Source: the human T2T-CHM13v2.0 reference genome, Homo sapiens. Taken from it: a stretch of 64,000 bases of DNA. Numbering within the stretch: the first letter of the stretch is position 1; the number at the start of each line of letters is the position of its first letter. The notes beneath the pieces were generated by a model, which was not told the DNA's origin, ran no database searches, and was given only the letters and a program-made list of their open reading frames with translations. Where the stretch lies: the NCBI RefSeq assembly GCF_009914755.1, contig NC_060935.1; one strand, 5' to 3'. Of this stretch, positions 24,569-37,400 are shown in pieces. A program made the position numbers and the translations under genes.

Positions 24569-25849
24569 ATCAGAGACTCCGGAGTGCTGCTGGTACCAGC
24601 CTCCTGTTCCTGACAAGACTTTGGGAAACTGTTAGCAGGGCCTTAGGAGCACTTTTGCTCTTGGGGGGCAGCCTTGCTCTATTGCTCGTTGGCACTGAGG
24701 GAAGCTCTCTGGGGAGAGGAGCCCACCAATGCTTGGCTGACAAGACCTCAGTCATGTCTGATGTGGCTTCACCTTTGCTGCCGTCTTCGTATCACTAGGG
24801 GAGCCCTGTGGAGTGGGGTGGAGTTCAAGATGGATTCTCAAGAAGTTATAGGAAGCTCTTTATCAATTCAATTCCTGAGAAGGGCCCACTTCAGGTACCT
24901 CCACCCAGCAGAGAGGAGCTATGGTACACCTTGGGGTGTGATCAGGCGAGACGAGTATGTCCCTCAAGGGTTCTCAGTAGAAACAGAATCTTGCTCAGAG
25001 GTTTAGGAGACTTCACTGAAGGAACTGCTTACAGCAGTGTAGGCAGGACCAGGGGAACAGGTGATGGGTAGTGATGCCCCTGAAATAACAGCAGGAAGCC
25101 ATTACCACCCCGAGCACTGAAGGGACAAGAGGAGGAAATGGCTTTATAGAAATGATATTCCAGTTTTAAAGCTGGTACCATGGAGCAGGGGCCACTCAGC
25201 AGAAGAGACAGTATGGGATGCAAATATTGCGAGAGATACAGCTCTGAGGAGGAAGGAGGAGAGTGAACAGCTGAAACTCATCTGTCATCCTTTGATCTTT
25301 GCCAGTGTGTCCCTTTAGCCAGATGGAACTGGAAACAGGCCACAAGGTAGCCCAGGTATTGTAGTCTGTGAGGGTATCAGCCTCTTGAGTACAGAGCAGA
25401 GATGGGAGAATAATGAATTTGGCGGGTGTGTATGATCTATAAATGTGGGGAAGGGAAACAGGCTAACTAACATGGCTGGGTTAGCTTGACTGGGAGCAGG
25501 CGGGCTGGGAGGAACAGAAACTCCAACAAGGTCTACCTGTGGGGTAGGATGAGACCCTAAGAGCAGAGCCAGCCACAGACACTGGAAGGAGCCATGTTTA
25601 ACAGGGGGCATAGCATCTGGGATAACGAGTAGTCAACATGATGGAAGCCCAACATCCCACTGCCCTAAATGACCCTATAATAGCACTCTCCCTGACCCAC
25701 AGGCAAGGCTGAGGGAGCTTTATAGGAAGTGTCTGGCCTCTGGGTTGCACAGCTGAATCATATCCCTTCAGGTTCTTCTAAACCTTCCTGTTACCTCCTC
25801 CACTTGGCCTTCCATTGGTCTCAATCTGACTGTTATTTCTCAGCCCAGT

Positions 25850-26070
25850 TACCTTGGATGGACAAAGTTTAGACCAGAACAGCATCAGCACTACCTGGGA
25901 ACTTATTAGAAGTGCATATTTGCAAGGCCCCAGCTCAGACCTGCTTAATCAGAGGCATTTGGGTTAGGGCCCAACAATCTGTGTTTTAGCACTCTCTCCA
26001 AGTGATTCTGCTACACTCTGAAGTTGTGAAATAACTTCAACACCAAAACACTGAAGTTTGAGAACTAGTG
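25850..26070. mobile_element. MER5A
   Basis: CAGCATCAGCACTACCTGGGAACTTATTAGAAGTGCA...AAGTTTGAGAAC. Confidence 0.8.
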
Positions 26071-26409
26071 ATTTGGATTGTGTGATTAGCTTGCAACCCT
26101 CCATTTAACCTGAATGATGCTCCTACTGTCTTCTCTGGCTCATTGTTCTGCAGCCTCTGGCTAGCTCCACACATTCTTATGTTCTGTTCTAGCTTGGAGA
26201 GTTCCCACCAGGGATCAGAGACTTGGGCACCCATTTGCCTGAGAAGAAAGTTTGGAGAGAAGTAATCTAGGGAATTATGAGCAATTCAGGTGCTTGGACA
26301 TAGGTAGTTAGCTGTTAGGTCCCAGCTGCAGAATTGGGATTCAGAGGTAGGACACTCTGAACTAGCAGGGGCAAGCTGATGAGCAAGTCAGGGGCTCCAG
26401 CATAGGGTG

Positions 26410-26870
26410 TGATGAGAGGCAGTCCTTCACAGATCTCTCCCATTTCTGCACATTCTGGAGACAAGCACCAACTTCCCTTTGCTCTGAACTATCTTTTCAA
26501 GGGTGTTTGTGTAGTGAACAGCCTGGAAAATAGAGATTGTATTTCTTTCTGGAGCAAAGAGCAGTCATAGCTATTGACCCTTATAAAGATTTAAGTTTCC
26601 TAAGTTCAGGGTTTCTATCTTATAATACAACCCACTGTGTGTGCAAGTGCCATCTGGCCTTCTTTATGTTGCCTTGTAGACACTGGGGCCTAGGGAACTG
26701 GTGCAAAAAATAATGATACACTGGCTGCTGCAATTACTGTAAGTAGTAAACTGCCTCTTGTCTCTGACCCTGGAGTCTCATATCTTCTATAAGTAATCAT
26801 GAAAATATGGCAGGCTAACTTGTTACCTTGTAAGTATTATAAAATATCAGGCTCTTCACAGTTCTTGAGA
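26410..26870 (+). mobile_element. LTR40-family solo LTR (ERVL)
   Basis: CTATCTTTTCAAGGGTGTTTGTGTAGTGAACAGCC...GGCAGGCTAACTTGTTA...CTTCACAGTTCTTGA. Confidence 0.8.
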
Positions 26871-27091
26871 GGCACAAAGTAGGCCTGAGCCTCAAGAAAG
26901 AAGGGGATGGACAAGCAGCAAATATGACCGAGAGCAGCAAAGCTAACCTGGGTCAGGGTTAGTGCTAGGGGTAGGGCAGAGCTGTGTGGGGTCACAGGGC
27001 TCTACCTGGTGGAAAAGGAGGGAAGAAGAGACCAGGATTCAAGATACCCTTTTAGGTAACAGTACCAATAAAGATAATAGACTTAATAGGC

Positions 27092-27442
27092 TGTGCTACT
27101 CCATTTGTGCTGCTATAATAGAATACCATGATCTAGGTAATTTATAAAGAATATAAATTTATTTTCTCGCAGTTCTGGAGGCTGGGAACTCCAAGATCAA
27201 GGTGCCAGCAGGCTTGATTGTCTGGTGAGGGAGGGCTGTGTCCTCTGGTGGGGAGAAATGCTGTGTCCCAACACAACATAGGGGCAAGAAGGGACAAGCC
27301 CCCTCTGTCAAGCCCCTTTATAAGGATACCTAATCTCATTCATGAGGGAGGAGCCCTCATGGCCTAATTGCTTCTTAAAGGCCCCACCTCTTTATACTAT
27401 CACCTTGGCAACACCTGAATATTGGAAGGACACATGCAAACC
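27092..27442 (-). mobile_element. MaLR LTR (MSTC/MLT1A-like)
   Basis: GCTGCTATAATAGAATAC..CAGTTCTGGAGGCTGGGAACTCCAAGATCAAGG..CATGAGGGAGGAGCCCTCATGGCCTAAT. Confidence 0.85.
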
Positions 27443-27900
27443 TGCCTGCACATTTGAAACATCTGAAGAGCTTTAAAAAAAAAACAACTATAACCGATGC
27501 CTGGGTCCTGCCTCCACAGATTCTGATCTCATTGGTAGCAGAATATGGTTGGCTACCAGCTCATCAGGTAGTCCTAAAATTCAGCTATATATGAGAACCA
27601 TGGATCTATACTAGCTGTCTCTTTTTACCCATGAGGGAACTGAGGCTCAGAGAGTTGAAGTGACTTGATAAAAGGTCTGTTTGCTTTGAATTTTTCTAGG
27701 CTGAATTTCTAGATCCCAGGCTTTGTGTCTGGCTCAAGCCCTCAGAGCCATGGATGCTGCTTTCTGTGGTTCAGAACCTAGACTTGACTCTGGCCAGAGT
27801 CTCACCTAAAACTTGACCAACAGAGGCATTCTCAGTGTAGTGCATCAATACTGTGACCCAGAGGGAAATCTTTTGCTTTATCTAGTCAAGTAGGAGTCTG

Positions 27901-27915
27901 GGTTGCTAAGCAACC
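27901..27915. promoter_or_regulatory. Candidate RFX X-box
   Basis: Palindrome GGTTGCT-A-AGCAACC; motif match only. Confidence 0.45.
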
Positions 27916-28249
27916 AGACACTCTTAGGCAGTTGTGCTGCTCTGTGGTGGTGCTTTGCATGTTAAGGCTTCTGGGGTGGTTTCTAGAGGCCCACAAGAGT
28001 TCTAAGGGGCAGCACATGGGAGCTTAGCGTGCTCCCATGTGATCCCTATGTGTGTGCTCCCCAAAAATGGGGGTGCGAGTTCACTTCCATTTTTGCCTTA
28101 CTTTCAGGGATGTTACAGTGCAGACAAAGATTCTGGTGCCTCACAAGATTTGACACAAGCCAGCGCTTTGTTGTTTTTCTCACCTGTTGGCCAGAAGATT
28201 ATCTTGGAGCAGGAAAAGGTTTGTTTTAGTTTTGGCCTGAAGGCCTCTT

Positions 28250-29400
28250 ATAATTTTTTAAATTTAGAAAGAATTTCAAACTCACTGAAAATTACAAGAA
28301 TAAGAACAGTACAAAGTGTGCCCTGATTCCTCTATTTTTAACATTTAATCCATTCGCTTTATGATTTGTCATCTCTTTTTCTCTTTCTCTGTCTCTCTCT
28401 GTATTGTATGTGTGTGATATATATTCTTTTTTTTTTTTTGAGATGAAGTCTTGTTCTGTTGCCCAGGCTGGAGTACAGTAGCATGATCTCAGCTCACTGC
28501 AACCTCAACCTCCAGGGTTCAAATGATTGTTATGCCTCAGCCTCCCCAGAAGCTAGGATTACAGGGGCAAGCCACTAAGCTCGGCTAATTTTTGTATTTT
28601 TAGTAGAGACGGTGTTTCACCATGCTGGCCAGGCTGGTCTCGAACTCCTGACCTTAAGTGATCCGCCTGCTTCGGCCTCCCAAAGTGCTGGATTACAGGT
28701 GTGAGCCACCGTGCCCAGTCGGCTCAAACTATATATTCTTTAACCGCATGAAAATAAGTTGTATATATTGTGATCCTTTACCCTGAAATATTTCAGTGTA
28801 AAGTGTCTTAAAAGAGGGGGTATTCTTTTTCTCATTCTCTTACAGAACCACCTGTGTAACCACAGGTTCGTTATCAACCTCAATAAGCTTAGTATTAATA
28901 TATGTTTATCTAATCCATTTTCTGTATTCCAATTTTGTCAGTTAACCCTATAATGACCTTTGGAACACTTTTTCCCACCAAGGCAGGATCCAAACTTGGG
29001 ATAATGTATTAAATTTTATCGTCTTGTTTCTTTAGTCTCCTTTAATCTGAAATATTCTCATAGCCTTTCATGTTGGGTTTATCCTTTGCTTTGTCATCGT
29101 GGATTTGGGCTATTCGTTCCAGGTCAGAATGCTACCTAAGTGATGCTGTGCTGCTCTCAGGGTATTACAACTAGAGTCACACAATGTCAATATGCTCCTT
29201 CTTAATTTTGATCAACTGGTCAAGGTGTTGTTCAATTTCCCCACCATATAGTTACTATTTTATCCTTTGCAACTAATAAGCAATTTAAGACCATACAAGC
29301 ATCAAAACTCCCCGCTGGATTTAGCATCCTATTGATAATTCTTGCCTGAACCAATCTTTACTCTGAAGGTTTCATAATGATTTCCCAACTCCAACATCCT
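28250..29400 (-). mobile_element. L1MC-like 3' region
   Basis: AATTTCAAACTCACTGAAAATTACAAGAATA...TTGTTTCTTTAGTCTCCTTTAATCTG...TTTGCAACTAATAAGCAAT. Confidence 0.65.
28427..28720 (-). mobile_element. AluS
   Basis: Full dimer with poly(T); TATATATTCTTT on both flanks. Confidence 0.95.
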
Positions 29401-29694
29401 GAGAGCTCTTATTAATAAACTATGAAAGAGGCTTCCTGGCAAGATTCATTTTTGACTTTGGGAGGCAATTTGAGGCTGCCGAAAAGGCACCCCTGTTTCT
29501 TTGTCTCTAGGCAGGGGCTGCACATAGTGTCTGCCCATGAAGTTCACTCCCTCCAAGCATGCTGCACCTGCCTGATTTGGGTTTTAAATCTCTGCTTGGA
29601 TACATGTTTTAATCTCTATGTTATACAGGGTTCTGAATAGTGAATTCATCTTATAATCATTGGCATTAGCAAAGCGTTTCTGAGTTTTGGGGTA

Positions 29695-30410
29695 ATGCAT
29701 TCATTTGTTTATTCATTTAGGTTAGGTGGTTAAGAAGGATTTGAGAGTCTGTAATTACCATGCAGGGCACTAGGTGCTGGGCAGAGTGGTGAATAAAACA
29801 GGCATGGAGCCTATCATCAAGAGGCTTAAAGTCTAGTGGGGAAGACAGACATTGTGCAGGTAATTGATAGTACACTAAATTTTACAACAGGGCAAGTAGA
29901 TTGCCTTCTGAGCATTTATCAGCAGAAGCTAACCTAATCTGGGGGCAGGGCAAGCCCTTCCTGAGGAAATGAAATGATGAGTTATAATGATCTTGGCAGA
30001 AGTGGGTGAGGTGGGAGCAGCAAGTGCAAACTCCCAGAAGCGACAGAGCATGGTGTGTGCTCCCATCTAGATGGCTGGGTGTGGGGGCAAGGGCTGGGTG
30101 GCTCATGAGAAGACTGAGAAATGGGTCAGATCCAAATTATGGATCTTTTGGATCCAAGCCTTTTGAGTCTTGATAAAGATTTTGGTTTTTATTCTAGGAG
30201 CCAAGAGAAGCCTCTGAAGGATTGTAAACAGAAGAATGATCCAATTGTGTTTGTAAATTAAAAGGTCACCCTGGCTGCTTTGTGGGAAATGGATCTGAAT
30301 GGGTGGGAAAAGAATGAAGCCAGGTAGAAGTTGGGAAATCAGTTAGGAGGCTGTAAAGAAGTCCAAGTGGAAGATGATGATGGCCCAGCTAGGACGGCAG
30401 CCGAATGAAT
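29695..30410 (-). mobile_element. L2
   Basis: CATTCATTTG..AGGTGCTGGG..GTCTAGTGGGGAAGACAGAC..AAAAGGTCACCCTGGCTGC..GTTAGGAGGCTG. Confidence 0.8.
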
Positions 30411-31584
30411 GGGAGAAGGTTTATCAATTCCTCTGATTTTCCATCTCTCAATAGGGATCGTGGATGCTGTATGAAGCTTAAATTCCTAAGAACCATAGAC
30501 ACTGTTCAAACACAAGACAGTGCCCCATTAGAGGAATGAAGCTCTCAATCTAGGTGGGAAACACATAGAATCCTTAAGAAAGAAGCTTACTCGTATTTAC
30601 AAAGAATAGCCAAGCATGGACCGTGGTCTTCCTTGTAGTTAATGAGTTAGGTTTGCTGGGTAATAGCTCACTTGCTCCTTTCTATTTTTACAAAAGCAGA
30701 TGATTCTGTTACTAAGTATTCCACAGTTTAATTTGATCTGCGTGTCCATTTGCACTTCAGAAGTATTATGGACATGGCCAATTTTGGCTCCCAGACAATA
30801 CAAAATTATCATGGAATCTTCTCCCCCAGCCCAGCATTCTTTGCTTTGTCTGCAGTTTTTATGGCACATGATATTTTCCCATTAACTTTTATTAGATCCA
30901 TAATTTTTTTATTAGCATTGAGTAATAACTGTTTTCAGTGGCCCCACTCTTCCGAGGAGTCCTTGATTAGTAGTCCATGATAACAGTTGCTAAATTGAAG
31001 TTTCTTCTGCCAGCATTTCACCCGCAATAAATCCAACTATTCTACCTCATCTTGCTTAAAAAGCCATGAAATTCCCAGACATTATCAGAAAAATGACCAC
31101 AGTCAAAGTGCTCTAAATGGAGATGGAAATTAAGCTCTTGCCTATTTGAATCAAGATGTTTCATAGTTATGGGCTGAGAGTGAGAACTTTCAACTCAAGT
31201 GAAAACTCTCCTCACTTCTCCTCTCTGCAGGATTTCTCTTATTAGGGAGATTGTTTATTGATCCACAGTTCCAGATTGGGACTGTGTCTGATGGACAAAA
31301 AGGAATTGTTTTAATATTAGCAATAGTAGTTGTTTTTCTTCCCTCATATTAAGGATGAAATGAGCATCAGGTGGGAACTTGCCCAGAGCAGAGTAGGATA
31401 TGGGGCTAGCTGCTCTTGGAGATATGTTGTCCGGTTCAAAAATCTCTCATCTTGTGCTTCCAGTGAAGTTTCTGTTACCTAAATTTAGTGTATCTAATAT
31501 TTAGTGTGCCTAGTATCAGTTCAGTTCAATTCAATTTGATAGGAGATTTTTGATATTTCTTACGTTGTGGCCAGCCAAGATCCC

Positions 31585-32055
31585 TATATTCATTAGGATT
31601 GGTTAAACTACAAGTGACAGAAACCCCCAAATTTCTCTCATGTAAAAGAAGTGTAGAGATTGAGAATCCAGGATTTACTGGACAAGTTACAAAGTGGTCA
31701 GGACCTAGGCTGATATCTTGCTGCTGGGACATCCTCAACATGTAGCTTTCAGCTCATGATTCAAGATGGCTGCCTGAGATCTAGCCATCTGTATTCTAAC
31801 AGTAGAAAGGAAGAAGGGAAAAACAAAGTCATGCCGCCTTCCTTTAAGGACACTTCCAGGGAGTTCCACGTGACCCTTCCACCTAAATCCATTGGCCAGA
31901 ATTGACTCATATGGGCATATCTATCTGTAAAGGAGGCTAGAAAATAAATATTATTATTCCAGGCACCTTGTGCTGAGCCAAAATGTTGGGGATTCTATTA
32001 CTAAGGAAGAATAGGAGAATCCATTTTGGGGGACATCTAATAGGATCTAACAACA
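31585..32055 (-). mobile_element. Old MLT1 LTR (MLT1J-L class)
   Basis: CAAGTGACAGAAACCC..AAGATGGCTGCC..CATTGGCCAGAA..AAGGAGGCTAGAAAAT. Confidence 0.7.
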
Positions 32056-32269
32056 GATATTCAAGCTATCTTCTCTAGATTTTTTAAGAGCTCCCCATTT
32101 GTTCTTGAGTATTCAGGAAACCAATTTTAAAACAGATGCTTCCTGTCTTTGGAAAAATGAGGTTCAAATTTCACAATCCAAAGACTGGAAACTGAGCAAA
32201 GAAATGCTTCTGGTATATATATAGCTGATGACTTTGAGAAATACTAGGATACACAGCAGCTTCAAACAA

Positions 32270-32740
32270 TTATCCATCATCCATCTATCCATCCATCCAT
32301 CCTTTTGACACATTTATTGAGTACCTGCTATATGCCAGACCCACGCTCATGGCTTAGAAAAAGCATATGATGAATAAGTTATTTCTCACACTCAAGAAAC
32401 TCATGATTTGGTGTAGGAAAATGGTAGGTAAATTAATAATTTCAGGTGATAAATGCTATAATAGAGATAATCATTCATTTACTTTCCCATTCAACAAATA
32501 CTTTTTGAATACCTACTATGTACTAGGTGCTCTGCTAGACACTGAAGATACAGAAATAAAAAGTCAAGTTCTCTACCAAAAAAAAGTAAAATGCAGAGTG
32601 ATAAAAGGATCTAGTGGAGGCATGGCTGGGAACAATGGGAACTTGTGGAGGGTAAGCTTACTTCTGCCTGGTTGAGTCAGAAAATGCTCCAGGAGGAGGT
32701 AACTGCTGAACTAAAGCATGAAGGAGGAGTAGAGCTTTGC
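32270..32740 (-). mobile_element. L2 3' fragments with (CATC)n
   Basis: CATCCATCC..CATTTATTGAGTACCTGCTATATGCCAG; CATTCAACAAATAC..CCTACTATGTACTAGG. Confidence 0.7.
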
Positions 32741-34829
32741 CAATACAAACTTGAGCCTTTTCCTTCTGCCCATTAAGCATTGATAGAATTACCCACCTTT
32801 ACTTTCCTGCTTATATGTAATTCAATATGTCATGGGTGGGTGGTATTTGGTACCAATCTATACTAGAGACTTTGAATGATTCTGCTACCCAACTGGGTAC
32901 AAAAAGGTATTTACTTGGTAAGGTTTCTTGTGTGAATGGGTAATAGGAGATATTTCCAATTTTGCTTGGTTTTAAGCAGAGTTGTGATGGCAATATTTTA
33001 AATCCGTCTTGGGTCTAGAGGGCCTGACAAATGCATTTCCACCATGGCAAGGAACTGGAAACCAAAAATGATTGTGTCTCAAATGAAATGAAGAGTCTGA
33101 CAAAATATGTCCTATCAATAGAATGAAATTAGTTATCTGTCAAAATGCATTTGTCCTCTAAATAACCATCCATATGTTTTATGTTTTGGTATTAAATAGA
33201 CATTCATCAGTTTATCACACTAGCGCTGTCAGAGACCCAGCAATTTGGAACAGAATTTTAAAGATCCTTCTAAAGCAATAACCTAGGAAGAATTTTGGAG
33301 GGTTTGTTTTTCTTATTTCTCATTTCTTTTCCATTTCTTCTTTTGATTCCTTTGGCTCCCTTCGGAGCCTGCCGTTTATTACTAAAGAGAGGAGGATCAT
33401 CTATTTAAATCAATCCAATAATACTATGTTCCAAGGCATTAATTCCTGCCTGCAATCCGCTCCTTGCAGAGAGTGTTGTTTGCCTCCTCAGCTTTCCGTC
33501 TTCAGGTGTGGCCTGTGAAGGGGAATGCTGGGTTTGTGACCACTGAGTGCATGAGGTGTGGGCTCCCTTTGGCTCTGTAGCTTCCTTACTGAGAAGTGTG
33601 GCCCTGAATCAGGCAGAAGAGGGGGAATGGGTAGGGGGGGTTTGCTGGGAACTCTCCCTCTCTAGTCTGGGCCACTGTCCTTTCTGATTTGTCTGGGAAG
33701 TGGGTTATAGGCAGTAAAAATATAGTTCCAAGGGGGCAAGCCAGAGGGCTAGTGAGTCTGCAAGCCTCAATGGTGGGTATTTCAGTCTGTTTCTGGGTAG
33801 GGAACTGGCTGCTAAAATGATTACTATCTTGTCAAGCATTTTGTCCATTGAAGAAAACTCATGTAACTTTGCAGACAGAAGCACATTTTGACCAAAGCCC
33901 AAAACTATCCATTTAGATAAACCCTAGAATTAATGCTGTGGTTATTAGCGTTAGTATTTGCCCAGGACAGAAATTCATTATAAATAAATGGTTTAGGAGT
34001 CAAGCCAGCTGAAGCTCCCCTGGAAGAAGGAAGAACCATGTGGAATTTAAATGACATTTTCACGATGGACACACTGCATTTCCTGAAGCAGGGAGGAACA
34101 TCGGCCTCCTCTGTTGGTCCCTTCTCCTCTCAGGAGTTACACTCCCAGAGCCTCTGTTACTTGTGCTCTGGAGTGGTGTTTTCAAACCCCGATGGAGGCA
34201 GGGTGGGAGGACAGAAAGCAGGCATGAAAGGAGACAGTAGGAAAACCAGGTCCAGACTCTTTGGGAATTCAGGTTTTAGATCTACATTCCTAGGGGAGAA
34301 AAAGAGAGAAGAATGGCCAGAGAAGAAATAGATGAATGGAAACATAACATTAATTGCCTACATCGGACTCTCTGGATCTTGGCTTCAAACTCTTCATTTC
34401 ATCTCTGCTCTCTGTATTTACCTGTCCCCATCCCAGCACACCTGGTCACATTGGTCAAAGCAAAGTTCCCAGCAGGACAGACCTTAGTGCTTCAAGCTCC
34501 ACCTGCTTACTGTGAAAAATTTATTTCTATTCTAAGGGTCCCAAACATATAAAATTCCTAACGATGTTTGCAGCAATATTGTAATTAGCACTTACTCATT
34601 ACAGTATCATTATTTGTTAGGGATTTGGATTATCCATAAGACAATACTTTGTTTTTTTTTTGAAGAAAAGTAGTTGACATTTTCATCTTTACAACCCAAT
34701 CCCCTAGCACAGTGCCTACTCCGATGCTTTGATCCTACTATTTTGACCCCACAGTTATGGCACTTTGTTAAGTGTCAAACAATGCATTTTGACACCACCA
34801 ATCAAAATGAGAGCTGTTGATACCACTAC

Positions 34830-35400
34830 GTGATCAGAGGTTTGTTCTTGGCTTTTTTAGTGACTTGGAGAAGTAATATACATCTCGCCAAGTTTTCAGA
34901 AGGACACCAAAATTTGGCTTCAAAATATGATAGACCACTCTTGGACCACAGAGTGAGCCTGAAATATCTCAGGAAGAATGTTTATAATTTTTTCATGGGT
35001 TAACTCTAAAACACTGTAGCCAAATCATAATAAACATCCATGATTGAAATAACACGAAATAAAACTGACAGCAACTAAAACCACACATGGTTTATTGGTA
35101 AGGATCCACATGATACAATTGAGATATACAAAACCAGATTAAAGAAGACTGGAATTGTTCAAAATGGTGGCAAAGGAAGCTTCCTAATGGTAGAAATAAT
35201 AACTAGTCATGTGATATGGACAAAACTTAATCAAATATTTATTTAAAATGTTATATAGAAAATGATTTTGATAAAGATTGATTTTGTTAAATGAAAATAT
35301 GTAAAGAAAAATGGAAATGGTTTAATAGTGACAGTATGTAAAACTGAGGATTTAAATGAACTCAAGAGCATGCATAACTGAAAAGACTTGCTCTCTGGAA
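34830..35400 (+). mobile_element. Probable L3/CR1 RT fragment
   Basis: QRFVLG-FFSDLE and KFSE-DTK resemble CR1 QGSVLG..FINDLE / KFADDTK; later RL-KRLELFK resembles RLKELGLFS. Confidence 0.5.
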
Positions 35401-35790
35401 GTTTAGCAATGTTTGTATAATTATGAATTAAATGTATGAATTGATAAACATGAAGAAAAATGTCTCCAGAGTCAGGGGTAAAACTGTAGGTGAAAAGGTA
35501 GGGTAAAAACAGTAGAGCCCCCAAATTCTATATTTTCCCTGGCATGCACTCAATAGAAATATAAGTAAGCACTCTCCTTACTATAAAAAGCATAATTTAA
35601 AAAAACCTTTTTGCTTTTTATCTCATTCCCTTTTTTTCTTCAAAAAAAAAAAAAAGTGAATAGGCAATACAAATAGTACAAAGATATGTGGACAAAGTCA
35701 ATCTCCTTCTACTTCTGACGCAGTCCCTTATTTCAGTCCCTAAAGGCCATTTACCAATTTGTTGTTTGTCTTTCCAAAGACAGTCAATAC

Positions 35791-36478
35791 CAGCGTTCTT
35801 CAAACTTTTTTGTCTATAACCCAGAATAAAAAATACGCTTCCCATTTGTCTTAGTCTGTTTTGTGTTGCTATAGCAGAATAGCAGAGACTAAGTAATTTA
35901 TAAAGAAAGAAACTTATTTGGCTTATAGTTCTGGAGGGTGAGAAGTCTAAGGTTGAGGGACAACATCTGGTGAAGGCCTTTCTCCCTCATCCAATGTTAG
36001 AAGGTGGACAGTGGAAGGACAAGAGAGTGTGAGAATAAGGGAACAAGAGGGGGCCACACTTGCTTTTATAACGAGTCCACTCTTGAGATAATTAACCCAC
36101 TCTTGTGATAATGACATTTATCCATTCATGAGGGCAGATCCCCCATGACCTAATCAACTCTTAACCTTCGCTCCTCTCAACACTGTTGCATTGGGCATTA
36201 AGTTTCCAACACAGGAACTTTGGAGGACACATTCAAACCATTAAAAACCCACTAGCAATTATATAACTAACAAAAGTTGCACCAAACAATACTTACCTTT
36301 ACTATATATGATAAAGAAAAACATAATAAAATTAATATCAAATGATCTAATCAGTATTTAAATAAAACATATAAAAATCTCCAAATAAAATATACAGGCA
36401 CTAAGGAATCTTGGTTGCAATTTACTAAATTGATTTTGCCAACTATAAATGGATTGCTACCTAACTAGAAAATCGCTG
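35791..36478. mobile_element. hAT-Charlie MITE (Charlie4-like), split by MSTD
   Basis: Termini CAGCGTTCTT / AAAATCGCTG; internal AAACAATACTTACC and CTAAATTGATTT. Confidence 0.55.
35847..36241 (-). mobile_element. MSTD-like MaLR solo LTR
   Basis: TGTCTTAGTCTGTTTTGTGTTGCTATA...CATTCATGAGGGCAG...GGACACATTCAAACCAT. Confidence 0.85.
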
Positions 36479-36618
36479 ATCTTCTCCATTTAAAAATATG
36501 TATTTATATACTCCACTTAAAAAAAGAGATATTATAGAATATTATACACACTGTTCTGCATTTTTCCTTTTGCATTTAACATTTTGGAGATTGTTCCATA
36601 TTAATATATATAGGTCTA

Positions 36619-36926
36619 CTTTCTTTTTCTTTTTGTTTTTTTTTTTTGAGACAGTCTCGCTCTATCGCCCAGGCTGGAGTGCAGCAGCTCAATCTGGCTC
36701 ACTGCAGCCTTCGCCTCCTGGGTTCAAGTGATTCTCCTGCCTCAGCCTCCCGAGTAGCTGGGGCTACAGGTGTGTGCCACACCACGCCTGGCTAATTTTT
36801 GTATTTTTAGTAGAGACAGTTTCACTATGTTGGCAAGGCTGGTCTTGAACTCCTGGCCTCAAGTGATCCACTGGCCTTGGCCTCCCAAAGTGCTGGGATT
36901 ACAGGCAAGAGCCAGGGTGCCTGGCC
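36619..36926 (-). mobile_element. Alu (AluSz/AluJb-like)
   Basis: Full dimer; CTCCTGGCCTCAAGTGATCC. Confidence 0.95.
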
Positions 36927-37101
36927 TGCTTGATTTTGTTAATGGCTACATTAGATTCCATTTTATTAATGTATCGGAATGTATATAGATTCCTATTAAT
37001 ATGCATTCTGATTTTTTTCTTTTGCTACTGTAAATAATATGACAGTAAACATCATTGTATACACTATCTGATAAATTTTTAGATGTGGAATTTTAAGTTT
37101 T

Positions 37102-37400
37102 ATCTTATTTTTTCATAAATTATTGGGGTACAGGTGGTATTTGGTTACATAAGTAAGTTCTTTAGTGGTGATTTGTGAGATTTTGGTGCACCCATCACCA
37201 GAGCAGTATACACTGCACCATATTTGTAGTCTTTTGTCACTCAACCTCTTCCCACTCTTCTCCCAAAGTCCATTGTATCATTCTTATGCCTTTGCATCCT
37301 CATGGCTTAGCTACCACATATCAGTGAGAACATACAACGTTTGATTTTCCATTCCTGAGTTACTGTACTTAGAATAATAGTCTCCAATCTCATCCAGGTC
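37102..37400 (-). mobile_element. 5'-truncated L1PB1-like 3' end
   Basis: GGGGTACAGGTGGTATTTGGTTACAT..TTTAGTGGTGATTTGTGAGATTTTGGTGCACCC; TSD TGGAATTT(T/A)AA(G/A)TTTT at 37086 and 37401. Confidence 0.88.

Noticed and set aside
36078-36112. Tandem CCACTCTTG(A/T)GATAAT duplication
   Set aside because: As I recall it, this belongs to the MSTD consensus, so it is not a local event
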